Positions 1 through 11,711 are shown, counted from the first letter of the whole stretch. The stretch: 63,728 nt of DNA, filler included, from Octopus bimaculoides (GCF_001194135.2; 4 parts of 4 records of this genome joined end to end with filler, not necessarily neighbours in it); one strand, 5' to 3'. Numbers and translations: made by a program. Notes: generated by a model not told the origin, from the letters alone.

Positions 1-133
1 GGCTCGGCAAAAGAGACCGACAGAATAAGTACTAGGCTTACAGAGGATTAAGTCCTGGGGTCGATTCATTTGACTAAAGGCGGTGCTCTAGCATGGGCGC
101 AGTCAAATGACTGAAACAAGTAAAAGAGTAAAA
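1..133 (+). mobile_element. 3' tail of a tRNA-derived (CORE-type) SINE
   Basis: ggctcggcaaaagagaccga...ggggtcgattcatttgactaaaggcggtgctctagcatgg...aaacaagtaaaagag matches the tail of the complete copy at 51672-52100; followed by (TA)n. Confidence 0.85.
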
Positions 134-134
134 G

Positions 135-175
<41 letters not shown>

Positions 176-693
176 TGTATTTATGTGTGTATACGCATAT
201 GTATATACACACGCGCGCATATACGCTTTTAACTAAGCCTCGTATCCATGGGATACTGAGTGACATGTTATTTTTAACTGTGGTAACTTGGGTACCCTTT
301 GGTAGCTGGGATCATAGTTCGATGTTCCATTGTGCTGGCTACGAACTTTACTGATGTTCGACTTTGTCGCTACTGTTTTTGCTGCTGCTGTCATCATCGT
401 AATCGTCGCCGCCATCGTTGTTGTTGTTGTTGTTGCAGTTATTGTTGAGGCTGTTGTCTTTGTTTAAACCCGGCTCAATGCTGACCCATTAGCCCTGTCA
501 TCAAAGAGGCTCCAGCCATGACCTCTCCGTCCATTGAGTATTTCTGACTTATATCAAGTGTACTCTTTCCCTTTTCAAAAACAAATTAGGGTGTCATTTG
601 TTGAGGCGAATTCTGGCTATTATTTCTAGCAGTTCAAGCAACCACGTAGAGGCTACTCAGTTTTAAAATGAGGGGGGAATTCTTCAAGTACTG

Positions 694-1190
694 AAGAGAG
701 TGAGAGTGAGAGTGAGGGTGAGGGTGAGGGTGAGGATGGGGGTTAAGCTTCTAAGGTTTCTGGCCCTTGCTGTTTATCTGAATGAGGTGAAGAAGAGAGA
801 GAGGGAGAGAGAGAAGAGAGAGAGAGGAAGAAAGAGAAGAGAGAGAGATGAAGAAAGAGAAGAGAGAAGAGAGAGGAAGAAAGAGAAGAGAGAGGAAGAA
901 AGAGAAGAGAGAGGGAGAAAGAGAAGAGAGAAGGGAAGCAAAAAAGAGGGTGAGAACGAAAAAGGAAGAGAGAATAACAAGAGAGAGAGAGAAGAGAAAG
1001 AAAGAATGAAAGAAAGACAGAGAACGAAAGAGGAAGAGAGAGTGAGACAGGGGAGAGAGGGGAGAAGAGAAAGAGAAGGAAAACAAAAAAGAGATAGTAA
1101 GAACGAAAGAGGAAGAGAGAATGACAGGGAGAGAGAGAGGTGTACAGAAAGAGAGAAAAGAAAGAAAAAAATAATAAAGAGAGGGAAAGC
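694..1190. repeat. (GAGAGT/GAGGGT)n followed by a GA-rich purine low-complexity tract
   Basis: Directly visible; explains the R/E/K-rich ORF 700-1287 and the S/L/F-rich antisense ORFs. Confidence 0.9.
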
Positions 1191-1374
1191 CGTGTTTATT
1201 GCTTATGGTAGCAGTAGTTCTATACGGTTGCATGACCTGGGAGAAATAACACCCAAATCTCAGCCTACTATGATTATGTTCGGATGATAAAATAAAGTAA
1301 CCAGTTATGTACTGGGGCGAATTATATTCCTATAACAAATCCTTAATATAAACGGAATTATGATAGAAGAACTA

Positions 1375-2073
1375 ATGCTAAGGCGAAGATTAAGACTAAA
1401 ACTAAGATAAAGATTAAGACTGAGACAAAAGCAAAGTCGAAGACGTGGACTGAGACGAAGATTAAGATGAAGACGAAGTCTAAGATGAAGACGAAGGCTA
1501 AGATGAAGATTAAGACTAAGATGAAGATTAAGACTAAGATAAAGATCAGGACTATGATGAAGATTAAGATTAAGACTAAGATTAACATTAACATTTAAAC
1601 TAAGACGAAGATTAAAATGAAGATTAAGACTAAGACAATGACAGAGACTAAGACAAAGATTATGACTATGTTGAAAACTAAGATGAAGATTAAGACTATG
1701 GACGGAGATTAAGACAAAGATTAAGACTATGACGAAAACTAGGATGAAGACTAAGACTATGACGGAGACTAAGACAAAGATTAAGACTATGACGAAGACT
1801 AAGATGAAGACGAAGATTAAGACTAAGATGTAGATTAACATTAAAACTAAGACGAATATTAAGAAGATGTGGATTAAGACGAAGACAAAGAGTATGACAA
1901 AGATTAAGACTGCGATAAAGATTTAGACTAAGATGAAGACGAAGATGTAGTTTAAGACGCGGATTAAGACTAAAGCAAATACGAAGATTAAGATGAAGAC
2001 GTAGATGGGGACGTAGAAGTCTGCGACAAAGATTAAGATAAGGGATTACGATTAAAACTAAGATATAGACTAA
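1375..2073. repeat. Degenerate hexamer satellite (AAGAYK) with a local 60-bp higher-order unit
   Basis: AAGACT/AAGATT/AAGATG/AAGACG units throughout; 1681-1740 and 1741-1800 are near-duplicates. Confidence 0.9.
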
Positions 2074-2617
2074 GACACCCACACAGTGATAACCTTGGGT
2101 AGACAGAACCTATTTTCTCTTTCTCTCTTTTCTTTCCGTTTGTTGTTAATCCGGTGACAACCTCTGTACCAGTGCTAACCGTGGGGTAAGACGGAGAGAC
2201 GGGGAAAAAAACGACTATTTTGTTTCTTTCTCACCATTCCTTCTTTCTTTCCTTCTTTTCTTTGTTCTGTCCTTCCTTCCTTCCTTCCGTCCTTTCTTTC
2301 TTCCTTCCTTCCTTTCTTCCGTCTGTCCTTTCTTCCTTTCTTCCTGAAACTTTGGTTGTTTTGTCCTCTCCGCTCTTAATTTTATTTAACGATGCATGTA
2401 CAGTGGCGCGTGTTAGGAAGTGTGTACATGTGGTGTGTATATATGTATATATAATATATATTATTATACATAAATACACGCGTGGAGGATGTGGGAGTAT
2501 ATAAAGAAAGAGAGAGAGAGAGAAAAAAGGAGAGGAGGAGCGGCAAGGTGGATTAGTCGAAGCAGATCCATTTTATATTTACCAATGCGTATGTGTACTG
2601 TTATGTATGTATGTATC

Positions 2618-2652
<35 letters not shown>

Positions 2653-4299
2653 GTATATATCTGTGTGTGTTTCTTTGTATATATGTGTGGCTATTTCTAT
2701 ATATGCAACCTGTGTGTATATATGTAAGCGAGAATGTTGTAAATGTATGTGCGTATGTGCGTATATGAAAGTGTATGCATCTACGTGTGTACGCGTGGAC
2801 ATGTACGTATATGTCACCTGTGCTTATGTATGTATATGTGAATGTATATAGATACGTATGTATGTGTGCATGTTGTTATGTATATGTGTGTGTCTGTGTG
2901 TGACCAATGAACGTAAGCCACAACAGTTTGTTTATTTGTTTGTTAGTTTTGTTTTGCTTTGTTTGTTTGTTTGTTTGTTTTTATTTATTTTGCTTTGCTT
3001 TTTCCAGTCTTTGTTCGAAAGCCACCAACCCGTGAAAAGGGAAGACATACGTCTACAGCCGTCGTGAAAGAGACACCTGTCTCATTTTACACCTGCCAAA
3101 TTTCCGTGCTTCCATTTGCTTCTTCCATACTCCCACCAACCCTCACTTCGCCTCACTCTTTCTCACATTTCTTCACCCCACCTCACTCTCTCTCTTTCTC
3201 TCTTTGTATTAACGATATACTCCTTTAACCTGCTTGCTTTTCTGGTAGTGTTTTTTTTTATTTTTCATTCATTCTTATTAGTGTTTTTTTTTTTTTTTTT
3301 GTGTGTGTGAGTTTCTCTTCTCAATTCTACCTTCATGTGTTACTCATTCAATGTCTACTAATGTATTTTTTTTTCCACCAGTTGTCGTCTGCCACCGAAC
3401 AAAGACTTAAAAACTTCACTTTACGCACGCACACACATACACGTATTTACCAGATACACTTGCACGCACGCACACACACATACACACACTTACACACACA
3501 TACACACGTACTTACTAGATACACCTGTACACACAAACACACACACACATACACACACTCACACTTCCCAGCGAATTGACACACGAGCTTTTTGCAATAA
3601 AGACGCATTTATTTATCAAACCTTTCGTTCGCTCACGTCGTTTTTAACCGTGTATATCCTTAGCAACCCAACTAATATTCCACCTAACTGTTTATCTCCT
3701 TCGTTCATCAACTCCACCTTCCACCACTACACACACACACACAAAAAAAAGAAAATAAACTAAATAGAAAAAAATTCATCAAACCTCCGCCCCCGATACC
3801 AAAGTTTCTTTGCACTTAACGAAGTTCATGGAAGCAAACTTTTTTTCTTTGGCGTTTCTTATTATAAATATTGCCCTCCAACACAATAGAGTCGCTTTTC
3901 TTCAAATGAACCTTTCTCGTGTCCCAACAAAGCACTTTCGCCGATCAAAAGCCTCGCATTTGGAATGTTATACTTATCCAACCTCAGCTGCTCGTTGAGG
4001 GCAAATAGCTAAATTTCCCAGGTGAAACACTCTTTTGTGCTCAGCTAGGATTTATGGCTGTTTACCATTTAAAGAAATGACGGAACAGTAAGAAGAAGAA
4101 GAAGAAAAAAAGAAGAAAGAAAAGAAAAGAAGAAATCTCAAAATAAACTACAAGCGTTAATTATTCGTTTACATTGTCAATGAATCAATTCGATCATAAA
4201 AACTGTGGAAATATTCTGATGATATTTCTCAAATTATCTTCTTTTTTATATTTTACCTTTTTTAATCGTTCGGTCCACAAGAATGAGCTTGGTCAGTGT

Positions 4300-4705
4300 T
4301 AGCAGTCGCCAAGGGGTTACGCGAGTTTAGGGGGCCTTATGCTAATATATGAATACCGTAGATTGCTTTCAATAAATAAATATTATGGGACCCAATGCTT
4401 TGATTTTCCCGGTACCTCATGGATCGAGGATCCCTGTTCTGGTAAATGTGATTCATGCGGTTTGACGTCAATAAATATTATAGGGTCCAGTACATTATTT
4501 TCTCGTAAGCCTCACGAGTCAAGGGTTCCAATTTTGATCTATGTAGGCCATGGTCCACTTTCAATAAATATATACTATAGGATACAGCTCTTTGATTTGC
4601 TCGAAGGCCTCACGACCCTAGGAACCCAATTCTGATCAATGTAAACTGTTGCTTGCTGTCAATCAATAAATGCTATTGGACTCAGTGCATTGATTTGCCC
4701 GACGG
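4300..4705. repeat. Old degenerate minisatellite, about 4 units of 93-102 bp
   Basis: TCAATAAA anchor at 4369, 4468, 4561 and 4663, each followed by related tat..gg..cca..t..c.ttgattt..c.cg..cctcacga sequence. Confidence 0.75.
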
Positions 4706-4841
4706 GGGAGGAGGGAGGCCTATATAGTGCGACTAAGACGGCTCTGGGTGTCAGGAGTGTCAAATTCGTTCGGGTTTGTCAATCGGATATGAATCATAAA
4801 CTTAGAAACATAAATTTTCATTTAAGCTTCTAAGTTCAATT

Positions 4842-5080
4842 TAAGGTGGCGAGCTGGCAGAAACGTTAGCGTTCCGGGCGAAATGCTTAGCGGTATTTCG
4901 TCTGCCGTTACGTCCTGAGTTCAAATTCCGCCGAGGTCGACTTTGCTTTTCATTCTTTCGGGGTTGATAAATTAAGTACCAGTTACGCACTGGGGTCGAT
5001 GTAATCGACTTAATCCGCCTGTCTGTCCTTGTTTGTCCCCTCTATGTTTAGTCCCTTGTGGGCAGTAAAGAAACAAGAAA
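4842..5080 (+). mobile_element. tRNA-derived SINE, family B (central gaggtcgactttgcctttcatcctttcggggtcgataaa domain, MetaSINE/Sauria-like)
   Basis: Box A/B-like head (gagctggcagaaacgttagc...gagttcaaattcc); close match to the copy at 28605-28841; superfamily name is from recall. Confidence 0.85.
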
Positions 5081-5259
5081 CTTAAATTTTCATGGGCCTA
5101 ATGGGGCAATCATTCCTTTAAAGAACCAGATCTTATTCGTAATGTAGATCAAACGAAATCGATAACTGGATCATCGTATATTGTAACAAATTCTGCTCGC
5201 CAAATATATTTTACAGAATAATTTTTCTAAATTCAAAGTCATTCAAAGAATAAAATATA

Positions 5260-5430
5260 AGCATGGTTGAGTTGTTAAAAAACTCGCTTTGCAACCACGG
5301 GATTTCAGGTTCAGTCTCACTTCGCAGCACTTTGGACAATTATCTTCATCTATAGCCCGAGCTGGCCAATATCTTGTGAGTGAATTTGGTAGGCGAAAAC
5401 TGTGTAGAAGCCCGTTGTATATATATATCA
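5260..5430 (+). mobile_element. Degraded CORE-type SINE (family A), head and core
   Basis: ggttcagtctcacttcgcagcactttggacaattatcttc...gaagcccgttgtat aligns to 51672-51840. Confidence 0.75.
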
Positions 5431-5749
5431 ATGGCGACTCCGCTACTCGTCAGGCTTAGCCAGAGTATAAATTTAGTAAAGTGACCGTGTATTTGCAAGC
5501 TGATTTAATTTCTACCAGTACTGACTTTAAGTATGTAACTCTTTTATTGAGCTTGGTTGCAGTTCAGCGTCTGAGAGATGCTTTGTGTCAAAAAATATCG
5601 TTCGTAGCAGACGATCTTTCGACATCATTCACACACGCCTGACACGGGCTCAGAAGTTACAGCCCGAGTTGTTATCAAATTAAAAGTAGTTCAAATTCAA
5701 TGCCTTTTTTTTTTTTAATCAAAGTTTTAAACCAAATTTGTCCACTCGT

Positions 5750-6045
5750 GTCCAGTAATATCTACTGATGCCCAGTAATATCAATTAATGTCCATCAGTT
5801 TCTAATAAGGACAGTTGTGTCTAAAATTATTCAGTGGAATACTCCTGTAATAATCAATATTGTCCAGTAATATTTACTGATTCCCAGTAATGTCCATTAA
5901 TGTCCAGTAGTGTCCATTAAGGTCTAGTTGTTTCTAAAATTATCAATAGGAGTACTGTGATGTCTTTTTTTTTTATCCAGTCGTGTCTAGTAATGTCCAG
6001 TCGTGTCCAGTAAGATCAGGTAGGATCCGGCAGTGTCCATTAATG
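5750..6045. repeat. Tandem duplication (about 112-bp period) built from 10-bp GTCCAGTAAT/GTCCATTAAT subunits
   Basis: gtccagtaatat.tactgat.cccagtaat...ctaaaattat starts at 5750 and 5862. Confidence 0.75.
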
Positions 6046-7054
6046 TCGGGAAGTATCTACTAGGTACCACCAATGTCTACAAGAGTCCATCAGCGTCTAT
6101 CCTTTCTCAGTTAAACAGTCACGTATCCAAGACAATTTTCATTATCGCATCTAAACCAACCGACCAACCGATCAACCGACCAAACCCCCTTCCTCCTATC
6201 CTACCGTACAGTTTAGTCGTCTGCCAAGAAGTCTCTCCTTCTACACTGACTCGCTTTGAAACTAAAACGTTTTAATCTTGCAAATTCGATATGTCCACTA
6301 CTGAACACCACAAACCCTTTTTTATCATTTCACGATAAAACCAGAGTTTCAAGTAGTTAAAATAAGCAAATAAATGTAAACTCTTTCTTTTATTTTCTTT
6401 TTTGTTATCGCCATTTCTACATTCAGCTCTTCTCACATGACCACCACCACTGCCAAACTTACCGTTTACTTCAAATTTTTTTTCTTTCATGGGGACTGCT
6501 TGCAGCTTGACAATACAATTCACTCTCTTATTTTTATCTTTATCTTCTCCTCTGTAATCAGAACAAACTGGGTCAAATTAAGTCGCAGCTATATCTTATT
6601 GTAATAATAATGTTAATGAAAATATTGTCAGTTAGGCAACCAGCTGCTTGCATGGTCGCCTGCAGCAGAGAGAATGGGATTAGAATCGCTTTTTTCTTTT
6701 GAAATTCTATCTGTGAAAACGCAAATCTTGTTTTCAAATCTAAGTCTGTTTGTTTCGTTGATTTTTTGATTTTTTTTTATTATTTTAGGAATAAATTATT
6801 GTAGTTGTCTCTAAATAGATATGGTTCATATTTAATGTATTATATACTTGATGTGTTATCTCTATTTAAATATTCTTTAAGCTGGCAGAAAGGGAAAAAG
6901 AAAAGGACAAAAGAAACAGTAACTGTTATTTATTTACTGTCAATTCGGAAACAAAAACAAAAACAGAAACCCGAATATCTTTCCTCTCTGTCTACACAAT
7001 TGTCCTTCTACTCTTATAATTGTACTGTAAAGTCTTTGTTACTTGGCCTCTCTC

Positions 7055-7301
7055 TACCTCTCTCTACCTCTCTCTCCCTCTCTCTCCTGTCCTGTCCTGT
7101 CGTCTCCTCTTTCTCTCTCTCACATACTGTCGTCTTTCACTCTTCTCTCCCTCTCCCCTCTCTCTCTTCTTTGTCTCTATCTCTTCCTCTCTCCCTCTCT
7201 CTCTTTTTTGTCCCTATCTCTTCCTCTCTCTCTTTTTTGTCCCTATCTCTTCCTCTCTCTCTTTTTTGTCCCTATCGCTTCCTCTCTCCCCATCTCTCTC
7301 C

Positions 7302-7355
<54 letters not shown>

Positions 7356-7384
7356 GTGTGTGTCTGTGTCTGACTGTTTGCTCT

Positions 7385-7430
<46 letters not shown>

Positions 7431-7447
7431 CATCCATTCATCCATCC

Positions 7448-7507
<60 letters not shown>

Positions 7508-7880
7508 GTGTGTTTATCTTTCTCTCTCCACCCAACTCTATCTATCTTTCCACCATCTCTCTCTCTTTCCCTTTCTCTCACTCCCTCTATCTGTCCCCTC
7601 CTTCTCTCTTTGTTTCCGTCTCTATCTCCACCACTCTCACCCACTCACTGTCTTTCTCTCTCTCCATCTCTCTCCTCCTCTCTCTCCTCCTCTCTCTCCT
7701 CCTCTCTCTCCTCCTCTCTCTCTCTCACTCTCTCCCCTCTCTCCCTCTCATTTTCTCTCCATCTCCCCTCTCTTTCTTTCTCTCACTCTGTCTCTCTTTC
7801 CCCACCTCTCTCTTTCACTCTCTCTCTCCATCTCTCTTTCACCCCTCTCTCTCTCTCTCTCTCTCTATCCTCCTCTCTCG
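7055..7880. repeat. CT-rich low complexity with (TCTA)n blocks
   Basis: Directly visible; explains the S/L/Y/I ORFs at 6805-7948. Confidence 0.95.
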
Positions 7881-8464
7881 CTCAACATTACGATAAATAT
7901 TTAGTTGTACGGATAACATGGCAGAGACACTCGCTGTATTTAATATGATAAAACTAACCTAAACTACTGTTTCGTTTTTGCTTTTTTCTTCTTCTGCAAA
8001 TGACGTCACTGAGTAATTAATTTCATGATTCATTTATTCGTGTATTGTTAAAATATGCTCAAATTTTCACGCCCACTCATGTAAAACATCGCACGTTACT
8101 ACTCCGACAAATACGATGATGTCGAGACTTCGCTGACGATGCTAAATAAGATTGAAACATTGTCTCCCGCACTTGTCAAATTGACCAGAATAATTAATGC
8201 GTCATTAAGCTGATATTGTCGTTCTTTACCTCATAATTATTTTTAATTAGATTTTCTTTTATAGCCATGACATTTAAGATAGCCATAATGATAATCGTAA
8301 CAGCAATTCAATAATTTAGCCACAGTTAAAGCAAATCTCGAGTTAGTTAACATAAACTTAATTATTGTCCTTCACGATGACATCTCTGACTAACTATATT
8401 GTACAGTATTATAAATACATTTTTCAATTAAATTATTATTGGGCCTAAAGCGGTGAGCTGGCAG

Positions 8465-8665
8465 ACATGTCCGTCACTTAGCGGGTGCACTGGACGGTAC
8501 TGCCCCCTCATTATTTAATGGTGCACCTTCAGATTTAGAAAATCTACAAAAATCTTCCTGCAATACATTTCTTGAAATTTGTCTAACATGGCCATCACTA
8601 AGGGGGTGCACTGGACGGCACTGCCCCCCTCATTATTTAATGGTGCACCCTCAAATTTAGAAAAT
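8465..8665. repeat. Direct repeat, two copies of about 79 bp, 121-bp period
   Basis: acatg.cc.tcact.ag.gggtgcactggacgg.actgccccctcattatttaatggtgcacc.tca.atttagaaaat at 8465 and 8586. Confidence 0.9.
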
Positions 8666-9189
8666 ACAGCTTACAAAGAGAACAACTATGGGAACTTACC
8701 AACGGAGCAGCTGTTTCGTCCCACACTCTCTCACTAACTCACTTTCTCTTCTCTGCACATTACCATATCTCTCTCTATGGTCTATTACTACAATAAGAAC
8801 ACACAGGCCGAAATTAACTTTTTTACTTCGCATGCTCTAGGATTTTGAGGTAAGGTATTGTATAATGTAACGGTAAAAATAAATATTTTCTTCACAACTT
8901 CAATCACTGTTCTTTCATCTTTACATAGTGGCAATCAACGAAGAACCAATCCTTACAAACAGATTACATCCATCCTGCTGTGTATCAAATCCATCTTATT
9001 ATTTACCATATTATTGTTTACAAACATAAACTTCCATTTCCATACTATTGTTTATCCAAATTAATTTCAACCAATACAAAATAATCTTCATCGTTACAAC
9101 TGGTGACCAACCATTACATAAATACATACATATATATATATATATATAGATGAAGATTATATATATATATATAGATAGATAGATAGATC

Positions 9190-9378
9190 GCTGACCACTA
9201 CATTTATATATTTTTTTCTCCTTGTTTCTATCCTTGTTTCTTTCTGTGTTCCTATCAGTTGAAGAGCGTAGGCTCGAAACGTCAAAGACTTTCTCTATTC
9301 CCGAGCGTTAAACTAATACATCCATTTGTTGTTTACACCACTTGTCTTTGTCTGTTGTTTTTTTCGTAAATTCTCCCA
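9190..9378 (+). mobile_element. Penelope-type terminal repeat fragment with a minimal hammerhead-like motif
   Basis: ttgaagagcgtaggctcgaaacgtc at 9259-9283; second copy of the family at 38200-38345. Confidence 0.55.
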
Positions 9379-9379
9379 T

Positions 9380-9446
<67 letters not shown>

Positions 9447-10803
9447 TAAAACCCAGACCAAACATGACTGTACAGTGTGACTACAAAGTATGGCTACATA
9501 GTGTAACTACAGCTTTACATTGTATTATAAATATATGTAATCGATATAAAATTGACCTAATGAAGGTAGCTAGCACGTTATAGATATGCATTTCTAATTG
9601 TAAACGTCGATGTATGTGTATGCGTTTTACTATATGCGTTCATATAGGTTTGTGTATGCGTGTTTGCGTAAGAGTTCAAATGTATGTGTACGTATATCTG
9701 TCTACGTCTGTATGTGTGTCTCTCTTTATATGTAGTTATGAGTATTTATGTGTTGTGTTCGTTTGAACATGTGTGTATACTTGTATCTATACCTGTGTTC
9801 ATTATGTGTGCATATGTGTGTGTATTTGAGTCTTCGTTTATGTCTACGTGTATTTTTAACTCTTTGTTCATATGCGTCTGTACGTGCCTCTGTGTATGTG
9901 TGTGTGTGTTTAAGTATAGGTGTATTTGTATCTATGTTCATATGTGTGTAAGTGACAGTGTGTGTGGGAAACATTGGCCAATATATCAGATGTAAGATCA
10001 GTCGCTTAATAAAGAATATTATGTGTGTGTTCGAGAGAGATGGTATTTTCTGACGTAACATGATCTCGCGTATGTATTTAGTCTCCGATATTTCTGCCAA
10101 CTTGGTCATGTTCACCATAAATATATGATTGGGATTTGATATATGACATTAAACGACAGCCGTCTGACACAGCTAGTGCTGAAATTAACTAGGCCATGCT
10201 GGAACAGAAAAAAAAAAGCTCAACAGTTCTATGGATCATGTGTGGAATGCAGCAGATGATATCGTAACTGTGAGAGAGAAAGCAGACGACATATGGCTGC
10301 TCAATGGAACACTTAAGGACATAATTGATTTTTTTACTTCAGTGCAGGGTTATATATTTGAAGGGGATGGGGATATAATCGATTGGATACATCGTGGGTT
10401 TCAGTCATTATTTTTATCAAACTCGGAGTATAAAAGATTAAAACGTAAACTGAGTGATGTTTGAAATTAGAACGTATATTCGATTGCTTAAATATGGAGG
10501 ACTATCACAAAGCATTATCAAAATTAAAACGTACTTCATTTTCATTATTTCTTTTTCTCTTGTTTTTCTTTGAAACATCTCAGATATCGTAAGAAAACAG
10601 TATGAAAGAAGTATGTTATATAAACCAACAACAGAACCTCTATGTGGTCGCTTGATGTGCTAAAAATAACAGCCAAATCTCTCTCAAATTACACCACACC
10701 ATCGTTTAAAAACATAAAATGGATAAGTTCGAAAAACTGTTGGATAGTCTCGGATGGAACGATACGTTTGATCATAGATCTGTTCGAGTAAGCTGCCCTG
10801 GGG

Positions 10804-10806
<3 letters not shown>

Positions 10807-10887
<81 letters not shown>
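10807..10887. repeat. (AAT)n microsatellite
   Basis: Perfect trinucleotide run. Confidence 0.98.
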
Positions 10888-10888
<1 letters not shown>

Positions 10889-11304
10889 GCTATTCTATGT
10901 TACAAACGTACGTGAATCATATATTCGCTGTGTTTTACATAGTTCATTTCTACGACACAGTTTATGCAACCACTACATCGAAGATCTATTTATTTATTGG
11001 GTCATCCCATAAATAATGCGTTTTTTTTTTATACTTCTTTTATTTTTCAAAATTGAGATAAGCAAAGTTCTTTTTTGTACAATGCTCTGCCATCTATCTG
11101 GACTTTCAAGGCCCCTCTTCCAAAATTCACTTGTCCGTAGCGGAAAATATTCTTCCACTACTGTTCTAACCTCGTCTACAGAACGTAAGATGCAGAGGGA
11201 TTAAACTAAATACTACAAGTATTTCGATGCTTCCAATATTGAAAATGCTAACACTAACATCAGTGTAGATTTTCGTAAAGATGATACCTTCATGCCAACT
11301 CGTG

Positions 11305-11543
11305 TACGAAGACAAACTCGGGTATACAAACAATGAGAGAAACAAATGGAAAACAAGACAAGTAACGTAAAGAACGACCCTTCATCAGTTGTCGGGTGTC
11401 CATCTACTCCTCATTTCGAGCATTTAACGACAAATGAGAAGTAGATGGACAACCAACAACTGATGAAGGGTCATTCTTTATGTTACTTGTCTTGTTTTCC
11501 ATTTGTTTCTCTCGTTGTTCGCATACCCAAGTTTGTCTTCGTA
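11305..11543. repeat. Long imperfect palindrome, 112-bp arms, 15-nt loop
   Basis: 11305-11416 is the reverse complement of 11432-11543 with scattered mismatches. Confidence 0.95.
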
Positions 11544-11611
11544 TTTCATGTTGTTTACGTTTTGTGACGTGCTGTACCCATTTATGTACGTGTATATACA
11601 TACATACATAC

Positions 11612-11711
11612 NNNNNNNNNNNNNNNNNNNNNNNNNNNNNNNNNNNNNNNNNNNNTTAATTAATTAANNNNNNNNNNNNNNNNNNNNNNNNNNNNNNNNN
11701 NNNNNNNNNNN
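11612..11711. other. Assembly gap marker: 44 N + TTAATTAATTAA + 44 N
   Basis: Identical 100-nt structure at 21196-21295 and 52115-52214. Confidence 0.95.

Noticed and set aside
700-1841. Long ORFs 700-1287, 751-1233 and 1305-1841
   Set aside because: Translations of GA-rich and hexamer repeats; no complexity or domain
4300-4705. CRISPR-like repeat-spacer appearance
   Set aside because: Anchors are short and imperfect, spacers are mutually homologous, there are no cas genes, and the context is eukaryotic
4804-5093. 18-bp TSD-like repeat around the SINE (agaaac.taaattttcat)
   Set aside because: One mismatch and separated from the SINE head by about 21 unexplained bases; suggestive only
6805-7948. 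363-aa and 301-aa S/L-rich ORFs
   Set aside because: Produced by (CT)n/(TCTA)n, which lack stop codons in these frames
8001-8008. Perfect CRE site TGACGTCA near TAAT-rich unique sequence
   Set aside because: About one 8-mer hit is expected by chance per 64 kb; no promoter evidence
10130-10460. Possible LINE 3' remnant (LNDSRLTQLVLK..MDHV)
   Set aside because: Similarity to RTE-type ends too weak to call by eye
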